A stretch of DNA of 63,774 nucleotides, filler included, from Octopus bimaculoides (lineage: Eukaryota), in NCBI RefSeq assembly GCF_001194135.2. It is 6 parts of 6 records of this genome, joined end to end, with 100 filler letters (N's around TTAATTAATTAA, not from the genome) between each part and the next. Parts side by side here need not be neighbours in the genome. Positions count along the whole stretch, not along the records: positions 1 to 17,153 come from NC_068988.1; 5 more parts are not named here. One strand, given 5' to 3'. Position 1 is the first letter of the stretch. Every line of letters starts with the position of its first letter. Made by a program: the position numbers and the translations under genes. Positions 1 to 13,666 of the stretch are shown piece by piece. The notes under the pieces were generated by a model. The model saw only the letters and a list, made by a program, of their open reading frames with translations, did no database searches and was not told the DNA's origin.

Positions 1-170
1 TTTTTTTTTCCTTCCTTCCCCCTCCCAAAAAGAAAAGCTCTACATTGTATTTGTCCCATCTTCGTTGAGCCCTGTGTGGCTAATAAAAGAAATGTATCTA
101 TCTATCTATCTATATTTCTATCTATTTATCTATCTGTCTTCCTCTATCTTTCTATCTATCCCTCTATCCA

Positions 171-475
171 CCTATCTATATTTCTTCTTACCCATTTCCC
201 CCTCTCGCTCTGCTTCCTTCTGTTATCTTGGCTTCTACTTCAATGCTATACACATATGTCCCTTCCTCCTTGTTCCACTTCCCCACCCTACCATCCTCTC
301 TCTTTCTCTATTTTTCTACCTATCACTCTATTTACCTACCTATCTATCTTTCTTCTTACCCATCTCCCCCTCTCGCTCTGCTCCCTTCTGTTGTCCTGGC
401 CTCTACTTCACTGCTATACCCTTCTGTCCCTTCCTCTTTGTTCCACTCCTTCCCTCCACCATCCTCTCTGCTCTC
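171..475. repeat. Pyrimidine-rich tandem duplication, 2 diverged units, period about 168 bp
   Basis: cctatctatatttcttcttacccatttccccctctcgctctgc at 171 recurs as cctatctatctttcttcttacccatctccccctctcgctctgc at 339, with similarity continuing for about 130 bp. Confidence 0.85.
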
Positions 476-1567
476 GTGTGACCTGTGGTCAGCTTTCTTT
501 TCACTCCAGCCGCTGTGAAGGCAAGACGAACTACTAGCGTTCTACCTCAGACTCGCGTTTGGCCGTACGGCTTTTGAACGTTGTTTTCACCGTCCAATTT
601 TTCCTGTTTTGGTTTGTGTTTGCCACCTTGGAATNNNNNNNNNNNNNNNNNNNNNNNNNNNNNNNNNNNNNNNNNNNNNNNNNNNNNNNNNNNNNNNNNN
701 NNNNNNNNNNNNNNNNNNNNNNNNNNNNNNNNNNNNNNNNNNNNNNNNNNNNNNNNNNNNNNNNNNNNNNNNNNNNNNNNNNNNNNNNNNNNNNNNNNNN
801 NNNNNNNNNNNNNNNNNNNNNNNNNNNNNNNNNNNNNNNNNNNNNNNNNNNNNNNNNNNNNNNNNNNNNNNNNNNNNNNNNNNNNNNNNNNNNNNNNNNN
901 NNNNNNNNNNNNNNNNNNNNNNNNNNNNNNNNNNNNNNNNNNNNNNNNNNNNNNNNNNNNNNNNNNNNNNNNNNNNNNNNNNNNNNNNNNNNNNNNNNNN
1001 NNNNNNNNNNNNNNNNNNNNNNNNNNNNNNNNNNNNNNNNNNNNNNNNNNNNNNNNNNNNNNNNNNNNNNNNNNNNNNNNNNNNNNNNNNNNNNNNNNNN
1101 NNNNNNNNNNNNNNNNNNNNNNNNNNNNNNNNNNNNNNNNNNNNNNNNNNNNNNNNNNNNNNNNNNNNNNNNNNNNNNNNNNNNNNNNNNNNNNNNNNNN
1201 NNNNNNNNNNNNNNNNNNNNNNNNNNNNNNNNNNNNNNNNNNNNNNNNNNNNNNNNNNNNNNNNNNNNNNNNNNNNNNNNNNNNNNNNNNNNNNNNNNNN
1301 NNNNNNNNNNNNNNNNNNNNNNNNNNNNNNNNNNNNNNNNNNNNNNNNNNNNNNNNNNNNNNNNNNNNNNNNNNNNNNNNNNNNNNNNNNNNNNNNNNNN
1401 NNNNNNNNNNNNNNNNNNNNNNNNNNNNNNNNNNNNNNNNNNNNNNNNNNNNNNNNNNNNNNNNNNNNNNNNNNNNNNNNNNNNNNNNNNNNNNNNNNNN
1501 NNNNNNNNNNNNNNNNNNNNNNNNNNNNNNNNNNNNNNNNNNNNNNNNNNNNNNNNNNNNNNNNNNN

Positions 1568-1568
<1 letters not shown>

Positions 1569-1598
<30 letters not shown>

Positions 1599-2030
1599 GT
1601 ATGTATCTATATATGCATGTATACTAATGCATAATCATAGAGGATAGATAATTGAACACCACGTATGGGTAATATACATTAGATGGACTGATATTTATTC
1701 TTGAGTAATTATGTAACTGAACAATAAGAACGACTGCTACTTAAATATATATCACTTGAAGCTCTTTATATCCTGTTGCGCCATTTTCTTTTATCTCTGT
1801 CTCTCTGTTCTATCACTTTCTCCGTTATTTGAGTGTCACTTAACCGCGTCTATGTTTATGTCTCATATATGCGTAAGTGCATCTATGTATATATACGTAT
1901 TTCATTATATATACATGTGTGTTTGTGTCTATATATGTTCATGCACATACACAAACAAATCTATTTAATTACAAATACGTATGTGTGTACCTATATATGT
2001 ATATATATGCATATGTACACACGCGCACAA

Positions 2031-2083
<53 letters not shown>

Positions 2084-2175
2084 AATACTTATATACTTGC
2101 ATACATACATACATACATACATACATACATACATACATACATACATACATACGTTCATACATACATACATACAGG
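1569..2175. repeat. Compound microsatellites (TA)n, (CA)n, (ATAC)n; representative of dozens across the window
   Basis: Directly visible. These tracts produce the [12 protein letters not shown] pseudo-ORFs in the ORF track. Confidence 0.95.
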
Positions 2176-2819
2176 CTATATGTACGCACATAAAGCTGGC
2201 CTTCGGGATATTGATCTTATTCTTTGTCTGAAAATTCAAATCCAATTTGGAATCCCTACGATCGCCTGACATCAAAGAACTGCCTGCCACTTCACAGCAG
2301 ATCTTGTATATCTTCTAATTAGTGATTCTCTTTGAACTGTCGTTTTTCTTTCTTCGCTTACATATATGCATATATCTTTGATTTCCTCCAATGCTGGGAT
2401 ACCAAGTTTGATGTATTTACTCCTTCTTCCACTTCGCAATCTTCCTTCCAGATATGAATATTCAGCTTATTTATATAAACATAGATAAACCCAATTAAAT
2501 CGGGCCATTCATTGCCTTATAAAATTGATTGGACAGGCCTTGACTTGTGACTATTTTGATTACTTTGTGGGTTTTTTTGTCATCAAATTTTTCGAAGCAA
2601 ATTTCTTCATATTTCGATTTTTACTTATTTTTGTATTTTTGCTTTTGATTTTTGGTTCTTAACTTCGACAAAATATAGCATTTGGCATTGAAATTCATAT
2701 TGGAATCTTGTAATATCTGTATCTCTTAAAATACAAATTAATGTACACATAAAAGCAAGAATGAACAAACATGAACATCAACGTATTATTACTTCACATA
2801 TAGCATATTATAAACATAT

Positions 2820-2859
2820 ATTATCATCATCATCATCATCATCATCGTCGTCGTCGTCG

Positions 2860-2890
<31 letters not shown>

Positions 2891-3018
2891 CGTAACCCCC
2901 CCCCTCATCTGCGGCAGCAGCAACAGAGTGTTATGAATATTAATATGGCTATAATTATCCTTATTATTATTGTTAATTTTTATTTCTTTTTAAGTTTTAT
3001 TTCTTTTTCTTCTACTAA

Positions 3019-3082
<64 letters not shown>
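2820..3082. repeat. Trinucleotide microsatellites (CAT/CGT)n and (CTG)n
   Basis: Directly visible: atcatcatcgtcgtc at 2820-2885 and (ctg)n at 3030-3081. Confidence 0.9.
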
Positions 3083-4508
3083 AATACTTGTTCTTTATAA
3101 TGGGCATATTGTATACCGTTAATCCGTATAGTTTGGGGAAAGAGGTATTTGTGCTTATTTCATTAAATAGCTCTAAAATTACATTAGGTTCTTTTTACGG
3201 TCACATTTGTACAGCCTACAGATATACGACTTGTTGCCGCCTTGAATTGCACGCATAACTAGATAGAAAGTATTCTTATATTCCCATTAATATTCATAAA
3301 ATTGTGTTCTAAGCACACTTTATTTCCATTACTAAATAGAAATATCTTAGAATGTTTAACAAAATGCATGTTTTCTACTGACAGAATTATTGTGCATGGT
3401 CCAAATGTTACACATAAATTCGATTAACTAGTCTATATTATAAAAGGGGTTATCAGCAGTTGTCAAACTTTTCTAAAAGAATATTAACAACATACAAACA
3501 CACACATACACATTCACACACTTATTCTTTATTTGTGGATCAAAAATGCTAAAACTAGTTTCATAGATCACAATTTTTCAATCGCCCACTTAAGTATGTT
3601 CATGATATTGTTTCATGCTGGAATAGATTATTTGCACGGATTCTCACTGCTAAGCGTGAAAACATACAGTGAGGCATGTTTTTATGGCGAAATATATTAA
3701 ATGTAAATTTTGTTCAAACCCGGTATCATTTCTGTGTTGGGAATCCAAATTCCATCAGTACCCTTTGAAACATATACTTCGACATTTTTCAAATATTATA
3801 TAATTTGGTGTTTGTAGTAAATATATATATATATATTTCCGTGAAATGTTCTAACCAAAACATTATACTATTTGTGTCTTCGTTGGGCATCGAAATAGCT
3901 TTAGCATTTCCGCAAGATTGTTCTGATAGATTTTTTAGTTACAACATCAGACAAGAACTTATGAATAGATAGAATTCAAGATATTCCGTTCTAATTTCCG
4001 AAAACCCCATCATACCATCTATTTGAAAATGGTCATTTTACCTAACGCTTTACATATATNNNNNNNNNNNNNNNNNNNNNNNNNNNNNNNNNNNNNNNNN
4101 NNNNNNNNNNNNNNNNNNNNNNNNNNNNNNNNNNNNNNNNNNNNNNNNNNNNNNNNNNNNNNNNNNNNNNNNNNNNNNNNNNNNNNNNNNNNNNNNNNNN
4201 NNNNNNNNNNNNNNNNNNNNNNNNNNNNNNNNNNNNNNNNNNNNNNNNNNNNNNNNNNNNNNNNNNNNNNNNNNNNNNNNNNNNNNNNNNNNNNNNNNNN
4301 NNNNNNNNNNNNNNNNNNNNNNNNNNNNNNNNNNNNNNNNNNNNNNNNNNNNNNNNNNNNNNNNNNNNNNNNNNNNNNNNNNNNNNNNNNNNNNNNNNNN
4401 NNNNNNNNNNNNNNNNNNNNNNNNNNNNNNNNNNNNNNNNNNNNNNNNNNNNNNNNNNNNNNNNNNNNNNNNNNNNNNNNNNNNNNNNNNNNNTATATAT
4501 ATATATAT

Positions 4509-4539
<31 letters not shown>

Positions 4540-4540
4540 C

Positions 4541-4695
4541 ACGAAGGGCTTCTTTCAGTTTCCATGTACAATATCCACCCACAAGTCTTTGGTCGAGTTG
4601 AGGTTATCGTAGAAGACACTTGCCCAAGGTGCCACACATTAGGACTGAACCCTGAATCATGTGGTTGGGAAGCAAGCTTCTTACCACGCAACCAT
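4541..4695 (-). mobile_element. tRNA-derived SINE, family A (head portion)
   Basis: Reverse complement matches the family-A copies at 33.8, 44.2, 52.1, 53.7 and 55.7 kb (tggt...gtggtaagaagcttgcttcccaaccacatg...ggttcagtcc...ccttgggcaagtgtcttct). A-box and B-box-like motifs present. Confidence 0.85.
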
Positions 4696-5147
4696 TCTTA
4701 TGTATGTTTGTTTGTGCGTTTGCGCGTGTGTATGTTGTGCGCGTGTGTGGATTGTTTGTGTGAGTGTGTTTTCGCATGTATCTATGTAAAACTCTGCACA
4801 ACTGATACTGTGGTTTAGTAATAGCGTTTTGTACACGTATATAAAATCTATGATACATTTTCATTAACAACTTGTACATTTGATCTCATGGTAAATATAG
4901 TCATCAAATTTAAAGATGAAACACAATATGCCGACGAGTAAAGTGCCACTGACATTTCGTGTTAATTAGATTTACATCTGAACATAAAATAATTTAGTAA
5001 TTCTGTTTAGCTTACTTCCTTCAGTCACTCTATGTGCATGTAATAGTCAACTTTCTCTCACCAATAATCCACATGCATACGCAAATTGAGCAACGTATCC
5101 TTGCACTATTTTAGAAACCATCAAGATATACATATATATATATATAT

Positions 5148-5225
<78 letters not shown>

Positions 5226-5467
5226 GTTATATGTATATATATCACTTCAAACCTAAATCTGGCTTCATGAATCGACGTTTAATGTTGCTCGTTTTCCTAC
5301 CAAAAACATTTTAATTTGATTTCAATTTCATTTAATTTTAATCAGTCGTCAGCTCGAATGTTTCAAAGCAGGGAAATAAATGGGACTACAAACCTATTGA
5401 CGTTCTATTATTTTTCATTCTTTGCTATCTTTTGTAGTACCCTTTGTTTGTTTTTATGATTTGGTGG

Positions 5468-5879
5468 TGTTCTAGGAGGATCTAACAAATTTGTCCACGT
5501 ACACGTACCTATATCAGTTAAATGTTTATTTTATAGCTTTTAAATTAATTGATTCATTCGCAAATTTAGTTATTCGTGAGGCTACGATTGAAAAAGAGAA
5601 AAGAAGAATTTGTCTCTATGAATCTGCCCTTCTTGTTCCTATGTCTCTTCCAATCTACTTCTTGGGTCGTTCCCCTTACTTTTGACAATGTTGTGCCTCA
5701 GGCTACTGCTATCTAGCACCTTCGAATGTTCTCTACCCAACCGCTACACAACTGCTACTCGATTGCTACTCAACAGCTACTGGACAGCTACTCAACTCTC
5801 CTACCACGGCCAGACTAGCTCTATTTATATGTCTTGGGAGATCCTACTTCTTCGCCTGGGGACGTCGACACAACATACA
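5468..5879 (-). mobile_element. Possible solo LTR
   Basis: TGT...ACA ends. On the minus strand TATAAATAG (5821-5829) lies upstream of AATAAA (5525-5530). Internal ~11-bp gctact repeats. No TSD found. Confidence 0.35.
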
Positions 5880-6020
5880 CCTTCCTTTTTAGCTAGTTTA
5901 TTGGACAACTATATAAATGTGTGTGCTTGTGCGTGTGTCAGTTTGTGGTTTGTGTGTATGTATGCGTCTGAGTGAGTGTGTGCGTGCGTGTGTGTGTGTA
6001 CGTGTGTGAGTATGTGTGTG

Positions 6021-6212
6021 TTATTTCTTTACTACCCACAAGGGGCTACACACAGAGGGGACAAACAAGGACAGACAAACGGATTAAGTCGATTACATCT
6101 AACCCAGTGCGTAACTGGTACTTAATTTATTGACCCCGAAAGGATGAAAGGCTAAGTCGACCACGGTGGAATTTGAACTCAGAACGTAGCGGCGGACGAA
6201 ATACTGTTAAGC
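6021..6212 (-). mobile_element. tRNA-derived SINE, family B
   Basis: Reverse complement contains ttctgagttcaaattccaccgtggtcgacttagcctttcatcctttcggggtcaataaattaagtaccag, shared with the other family-B copies. Confidence 0.85.
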
Positions 6213-6222
6213 NNNNNNNNNN

Positions 6223-6267
<45 letters not shown>

Positions 6268-7289
6268 TGTGTGTGTTTGTGTGCGTGAGCATTCGTTAAT
6301 AAATGCTTTTATTAAACAGAATCCTTAGAGTAGCATTGAGTGTAATGTTTTCCCTCAATCGTTTCAGCTCTGTACATTCTGACATCAAATCCCATCGAAG
6401 TTAGCCTTGCATTTTATCCTCCGTGGTAAATAAAATGAAGTGGCAGTCACGTTCTTAGACCGACGGTATCGGTTTATATCCTCACCCTAAAACTATCAAC
6501 AGAAACTTACTTTCCAAATATTTACGTTCCTGTTCTTTAGTAGAAAGAAAATGTTTTTCGTAATATCTGATTTATGTTTTGTGTATATAATTTATTTTGT
6601 TGCAAGTCACCAGTTTATTGTTGTGTTCTTATCATTGCCGACTTTATAGCAGCTTCTACTGTTTAGTGCTATATATATGATTTACTTTCTCTACCGATAA
6701 TTATAATACTACGTGAGTCGCTTTCATGATTAGCAAAATATAATGAAAGACCCATGCGACAACACAATCGACATTCCTTAAGCATCCTCCAATTCATTAA
6801 TTCAGTTTCATATTTATTAAAGATTTATACAATTGATTGCTTTCTTTTTTCTTAATGATATATTTTAAACAATGATTTTTGTCCTCTGGTTCCAAGCTAT
6901 GTATTGGAAAATTTTGTTAGGAATATTTCACTAGCGTAAAATTAAGTGGTTGTTTATTTATATTTTTTTTTCTTTTTTGCAATAAACAATATAAAATATC
7001 GAACTTTCAGAATAATATTTCATATATATAATTGTTTGCACTTATTTGTCTCCTACCAACTTTCTACTAAAATGTACGAAACTTAGGCATGTATTTATAC
7101 TATAAGCTGTTTAACTGTTACAATATGGAAGTTGTGAACAGAAATTTGGTGCATTAACATCGGTGTTTAAACTAAAAGGAGTTGCATTTTGGAATGTATA
7201 TTTTCTGTACTGGAATCCACAGAAGAAGTAATTTAAGATGCTTCATTCTCATGTATTTTCTTCTTTTTTTCTTTTCACTTGTTTCAGTC

Positions 7290-7630
7290 ATTACACTACA
7301 GCCGTGCTGGGGTACTACCTTGGAGAACTTTTAGTTGAATGAACCCCTTATACGCTAGATGGGCCATCGACAACTAGCGATGTGATCGCATCAGTCGCAG
7401 GAGACGAACCACGGAAGGACTGTGGAGAAGATACAAAAATAAAGAGTGAAAAACTCATGGTGGTGCCCCAGCATGATCACAGACACTTGGCTGAAACACA
7501 TAAAAGAATAAAAGAATCTCAGTACTTTCTTTTTTCTAAAGCTGATTCTTATTCTATCGATCGATTTTCCCGGATAGCTGGGTTACGGGGACGTAAACGC
7601 GCCAACACCATTTGTTAAGCGGTGGGGACA
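7290..7630. mobile_element. Rearranged SINE 3' fragments in both orientations
   Basis: ggtgccccagcatg...ctgaaac...taaaagaataaaaga and ttctatcg...ttacggggacgtaaac match the family-A 3' part at 55.87-56.02 kb. Confidence 0.6.
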
Positions 7631-7934
7631 AAAGTGATGTGTAGCTATGGAGTGGTTGTAAACTGCTATCATGGAAGATTATTCTTGTAATAACTGAGTC
7701 ACTATGTTCAACTATCCTCTAGCACATGTGTGTGAGTGTGTGTGAGTGCATGTGTATACATATATACGTCTTTTATTAATATTTAGCAGAAGTTATAGAG
7801 TGACTCAAGGTCTGAAAATTTCGTACACTAGCACTTATCAAACTGTTGGAACTTGAACCACTCTGTTACTTCTGTAGATATGAATAAAAATATACATATG
7901 CTCATATTTGGAGTTCTATTTTTTTCCTGTTTGC

Positions 7935-7990
<56 letters not shown>

Positions 7991-8512
7991 TTTTGGGGTT
8001 TCGTTTGCAAGATTCTTTATATGAGTTCATGTGTTGAAGCATATTCTGTTGTGTCTGGGGAGAGTCATTTTCTTTTTGTGCCTTTGTAGGTAGAAACTAT
8101 AGATTGTTTTGAAAATGTTCCTCTTGAGAAGCAAATTTCTTCACCACACAGCCATGCCTAATTCTATATATTCTTCTGTTCCGTCTGTTCTGAACTAATA
8201 TACGTATAGATAGCCAGTGTTAAAAGCGTCAATAGTGATAACTTCCTTTCTTATTTCACATTAAATAATAATTTGAAATGCATGATATCTATAAAATTTT
8301 CTCTAACATTCTAAACACTGAACAACAAACGTTATTGATAATACGCCTTGTTCACATTTTCTCTGGTTGGAAGCATTTTACACCATTGTTTTGAAAATGT
8401 TCCTCTTATGTTCGGAAGTGTACGCATCGTCACATTCTACTCTTTCTGTCGAATTTGCCAAAACGTAAATCGTATATTCCAACGCTGACAACACGCAGGC
8501 ACGCACACACGC

Positions 8513-8576
<64 letters not shown>

Positions 8577-9724
8577 NNNNNNNNNNNNNNNNNNNNNNNN
8601 NNNNNNNNNNNNNNNNNNNNNNNNNNNNNNNNNNNNNNNNNNNNNNNNNNNNNNNNNNNNNNNNNNNNNNNNNNNNNNNNNNNNNNNNNNNNNNNNNNNN
8701 NNNNNNNNNNNNNNNNNNNNNNNNNNNNNNNNNNNNNNNNNNNNNNNNNNNNNNNNNNNNNNNNNNNNNNNNNNNNNNNNNNNNNNNNNNNNNNNNNNNN
8801 NNNNNNNNNNNNNNNNNNNNNNNNNNNNNNNNNNNNNNNNNNNNNNNNNNNNNNNNNNNNNNNNNNNNNNNNNNNNNNNNNNNNNNNNNNNNNNNNNNNN
8901 NNNNNNNNNNNNNNNNNNNNNNATATATATATATATATAAATTTTCGCACACACGCGTACATGTATATATATAATTATATAAAATCAAAGCAAAAAAAAG
9001 GAACAAGAACGTAACAGGTAACAACAAAACGTTCGGACAGTTAGACGATACAAAAAAGGACAGACAAAAACAAGGACGAGTCATTCGGAGCTTTCAATAA
9101 TCAGTTGAGAAGCAGATTGTTTTTCAGTTTCGGCCGGTTAATCTCGAGACTGTTCTAATCTTGCCGGCCCCAAGAAAATCCAGACTAAGAGCACTAGATT
9201 CTTTGGAAGAAAGTTAGCCAATGTATACGAAAAGCGGACGGAAACAAAACGGAGAAATGTTACATAATTACATATTCACACAACAGGACAGTAACAGGTG
9301 TCTTTCGACTCAGGTCGAATTAAATTAACCTGGAGTGTGTAGAAGTGAAGACTTAACGGCAAGAACATAGTGGATGAAAGTCATGGGTAAAAATACAAGA
9401 GATACTACACCGATGGTAGTCGAACCAAGAAAGAAAAGTCAGACATAGCTGAACACCGGTCACGCGGAAGGAGAGGACAGCTGTAGTGGGTAGAAGGATT
9501 GAAAAATTAGGAAGGGACGAGAAGGAGATAAAAAATATAGACAATAAATTAAATAGAGAGATTCAATTGACAATCCGATAATTTAGTTATATTACGATAT
9601 ATAATGTACTCTGAATATAATATTTGATATAAGATAACATAAAACAATCATTAAAAACCAGACGTTTATCATATATATATATATATATATACATATATNN
9701 NNNNNNNNNNNNNNNATATATATA

Positions 9725-9760
<36 letters not shown>

Positions 9761-11376
9761 TGTATGTATGTATGCATGTATGTATGTATCGATAATGGCT
9801 TAGCTGGCCGAATCTTGGAAGTTACTGTCAATACTGTTCTTGTTAGGGAATATTAAATTTGTACGGTAGAAAAATATGGTGTAACCTTCAGATTAATGAA
9901 AAAACAGTTTTTGATATAACTGAACATAATATATACGCGCACGCGTGTTTGTGTGTCTAGTATGTATGTATACGTGTAAATATACTCTAATAGTGAGCGA
10001 TATTTTGCAGAATCGATTTGAACGTAAGTGATCTGCATATTCCACCAGACGCTTTATATCATTTCATCATTTAAATTTGCCTTAACTGTACAATTACAAA
10101 TTATCAAATTCGTCCACACGGGACATGAAACTCGATCACAGATTGTGACTGGAAAACTGTTTCAACAGTAATTCGTTCTGTATTTTCCCTTGTATTAACA
10201 TAAGTTGAATGTCAATGTGAAGTCAATTAACTCGAAAAGAGACGTCACAGTATGAAACCAAAAAAAATAACATACGGAATATATTTTGGTTGGATGTGCA
10301 GCCCAAATAGTAGACGATGGAATAATGATATCATTGCCGCGAGGTAATGTACTTTTTCTTTCAAATACAATTTATTTTCATTCAGAAACTACTAGTTACA
10401 AATAAATAGATTTCGAAATTACAGAGTAATTTGCAAAAATCTGACAAAAATCCATAAATTTAGAAAGGTCAAAGATGCTGGTAACTTCGTCCACCTCAAG
10501 TATAATATAACAGATTTTTCTGATTAGGAATTCAAATGAATGATGGAAATAGAAACAAGAATACTATAACAAAAAAAAAAACGATTAAACCATGAAAATT
10601 AACGAGATATTATGAAAACAAACAAAAAAAATAAATGCAATGAAAACAATGGATGAAGATTAATGAAGAACACGCAGTCGATGTGGAAAACATATTTTGA
10701 TAGTCGTTCAATGAACTTTCACGTGAGATGGGTGTTGTAGTTCAAATGTCTGGGTAATTTATGATATTCTATATAAACGTCCATCTTGTTTGGGAAGTCT
10801 TTTAACGGACAAAAAGAAATCGTGTATGAAGATGGAACATAGGGTTATAAGTATTCAATACAGTCTTCTGAATAAAGATTATGAATTCCAAACCAGCTGA
10901 AGTTGAAATTGAAAATGAACGGTGATAAACTTTTAAAGGCAAAACATAGGAATCTGTGGTTATAATATTGGTTTCATATTTTGGCCAACAGTTTTTGGGA
11001 AAAGTAAGTCGGTTACACCGATGGGAGTATTCAACTGCGACACATTTTATCGATCTAGACAAAGTGCAAAGAAATTCAACCATACGTAGGCTTTTAGAAC
11101 AAGCCACCTAGCTTTAAATCTTATGGCGCTGAATGAAACAGTTATGAAATAAAAATGTGTAGCTTTTGTGTTGAGAACCACTTTCTATCAATTGTCCAAT
11201 CCCTCGTATATCTATCTTCCTATCAATCTACATATGTCTTTACATCGAGGTATTCTGCCAGCTTCATTACCCCGCTTTATATTGCCTCCTGCCCTCCGAT
11301 CCAACACCCTTTTATCAGCAGCGCGTGTCCTCTACCAGTCGGGACCTCGTCTCTTCTTCTACCCCACTTCTACTGC

Positions 11377-11416
<40 letters not shown>

Positions 11417-11672
11417 CATATATATANNNNNNNNNNNNNNNNNNNNNNNNNNNNNNNNNNNNNNNNNNNNNNNNNNNNNNNNNNNNNNNNNNNNNNNNNN
11501 NNNNNNNNNNNNNNNNNNNNNNNNTATATATATATATATATGGATTTAATCCTTCAGATATTTCGTGCTTTTTGGGGGACCTGCAATCGCCTATATTACA
11601 TAGATGTTTAGTTCGTTTTCGTTTATGATGAATTTCACCGGCCGTGTTCACCTAGCAGATTAATTTATCATG

Positions 11673-11703
<31 letters not shown>

Positions 11704-11869
11704 CCCTTTATTTATTTATTTATTTATTTGTTTTCATTGATGATAATTATGCTGATGATGATGTTATTGTTGTTGTTGATGTTGTTGTCGGAGGTGGCGG
11801 TGGTCGTGATGGTGGCGGTGGTGGTGGTAGGTGTTGCTGCTGTTGCTGTTGCTAATAAGCTAATTTAAT

Positions 11870-12850
11870 TAGCAGTAATGTTATCTTGAGTTTCGACGAC
11901 AGCAATCTCCTCCAGTCTCAAGATTATTTCATGGGTTTCTTGCAGAATACAAGATGGAATTTGTCTGCAGTTTCACAATTGCAACATATTTCAGTATCTT
12001 CATTATGATTATGGCTGTTGTGCCAAATGCACCAACTGCCACAGGAGTATTTCTCGGTTAAGACCTTATATTTCTTAATTTCTTTTTTCAGTTTCTTTAG
12101 TATAGAAGTCTATGGTTGTTTCCCTATTTCTTTATTTCACCCTCAATAATCAGATCTGGTCCTCTTGCTAATTTTCATCGGAACATCCTATAAGATCCAT
12201 AATTCTTCTATTCTATCACAAACTGTATCGTGTTAATATTGCTTCCTTGTTATTTCGAGGCTACCAACTCGGTTAAAGTCGCAGTCCAGTGTTCTACCTA
12301 CACAGTCATGTCAGCTCTCCTACGCTTTTTGTCCTAACTTACTACATTCACTCAAGAGATAATTGCTTTTCTCATCTCATCTCCTGCTGATTCTACATTT
12401 CTTGTCTACCTGAGTTTCTTTCGATCTTTTCCTTCATCAAATGTATCCTAATCGCTTCTTCCTCAGCAGTTACAATGAGCGCTTTGTCTCTCGTTTCGGA
12501 TTTCAGCCTGCCAACTAATACCAGCGTTCTGTGATTCAAACATCGTCGTTTATTGCGTGAAGTAGCCATGTAATTCTTTGTTACCAGCTATATGCATCGC
12601 TGTTCCTCCTGTTCATGTATTCGCCTACTGATTCTGTAACTACTTGAGCATATCTAGCTCGCGACATTATTATTTCTTCCCTCTGCACAACACAATTTTT
12701 CAACCCCAACATCGCAATACTAACGTTATCTTCTGAGTTTAATAATCCTTTGTTCCCTCCGTTCATGATATGTAGAGTGTGTTGGTATTTCGTTCCTTTA
12801 CAGTATTTTATTTATCTTAAGGTTCCACCCTCTGAGCAAATTTCTATCTA
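11870..12850 (-). mobile_element. R4/Dong-like RLE-clade LINE, decayed 3' fragment (post-RT, CCHC and RLE region)
   Basis: Minus-strand translation across stops gives GRLKSET..ALIVTAEEEAIR, DKKCRI...YLLSECSKLGQKA*ES*HDCVGR and TPVAVGAFGT. These match R4/Dong C-terminal motifs and the 26.5 kb copy. Confidence 0.75.
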
Positions 12851-12895
12851 CATTCTTGAATCATGTCCAGGTTTTCCTCCATTACTATTATTATT

Positions 12896-13040
12896 AAGGT
12901 GGTGAGCTAACAAAATCGTTAGCACACCAGGCAAAATGAATAACGGTATTTTGTGCGTCTTTACGCTGCGAGATCTAATTCTGCCCATGTCGACTCCAAC
13001 TTTCCTCAAGATTTCAGGTCTTGTGTCTATAATAGAAAGG

Positions 13041-13045
<5 letters not shown>
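12896..13045 (+). mobile_element. SINE family B, embedded in (ATT)n
   Basis: aaggtggtgagctaacaaaatcgttagcacaccaggc head, with (ATT)n on both flanks. Confidence 0.8.
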
Positions 13046-13073
<28 letters not shown>

Positions 13074-13666
13074 GGCACTATTGTGATGGTGGTGGTGGTG
13101 GGGTCGTCGTAATTGTCGTCGTAATGTTGCTAATTTCATTCTGTGGCGGTGATAGTGGTGTAGCTGTGTTTGTATACAACGAAGATTTATAGGATATGAA
13201 ACTACGCGTCGGTATATCTCTCATTCCTAAATAAGCATACAAGTAAAAACAAATTACAAATGAATATAGTGATTTATAGTATCAGGTCACATAACCTTAT
13301 TACTGTTCAAAAATCATTTCCGTATAAAGGGATGTGTGCAGATGTTTATTCATTGATGTTCTATATTTATAAAACAAACGTGATTCCCTAATGAGTTTTA
13401 ACTAATATTTATTCACGTATATTAAGTCAAGCGTGGAAACTCATATAATTGTTTCAGACGCTTTAAACCTTACGTATATAACGGAATAATTCAACAATGT
13501 ATGCAGACTCAAATATTATATAAAACCGTACTTTCTTGATATCCCAAATGTTCATAAATTCCAACGAGTGAATGTTAATTGTTAGTTATAGATTTACTAA
13601 ACTACAAAATTTCAGGCAATTTTAAGTTGTGCAGGGGCATATTAATGGTTAATATATTCCGGTGTA

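Noticed and set aside
2280-2470. 65-codon open frame on the minus strand (AEYSYLEGRLRSGRRSKYIKLGIPALEEIKDICIY) with a gtaagc donor
   Set aside because: The acceptor lacks a pyrimidine tract and I recognise no homology. Cannot be supported without transcript data.
9000-9330. Repeat with ggccgg...ccggcc-GAAAC on the minus strand as a hammerhead
   Set aside because: No CUGANGA core precedes the putative stem II. Probably a dispersed repeat, but its class cannot be supported.
10802-11107. 101-aa minus-strand ORF as a host gene
   Set aside because: GTG start right after a stop, no recognisable domain, and no consistent splice sites in that frame.
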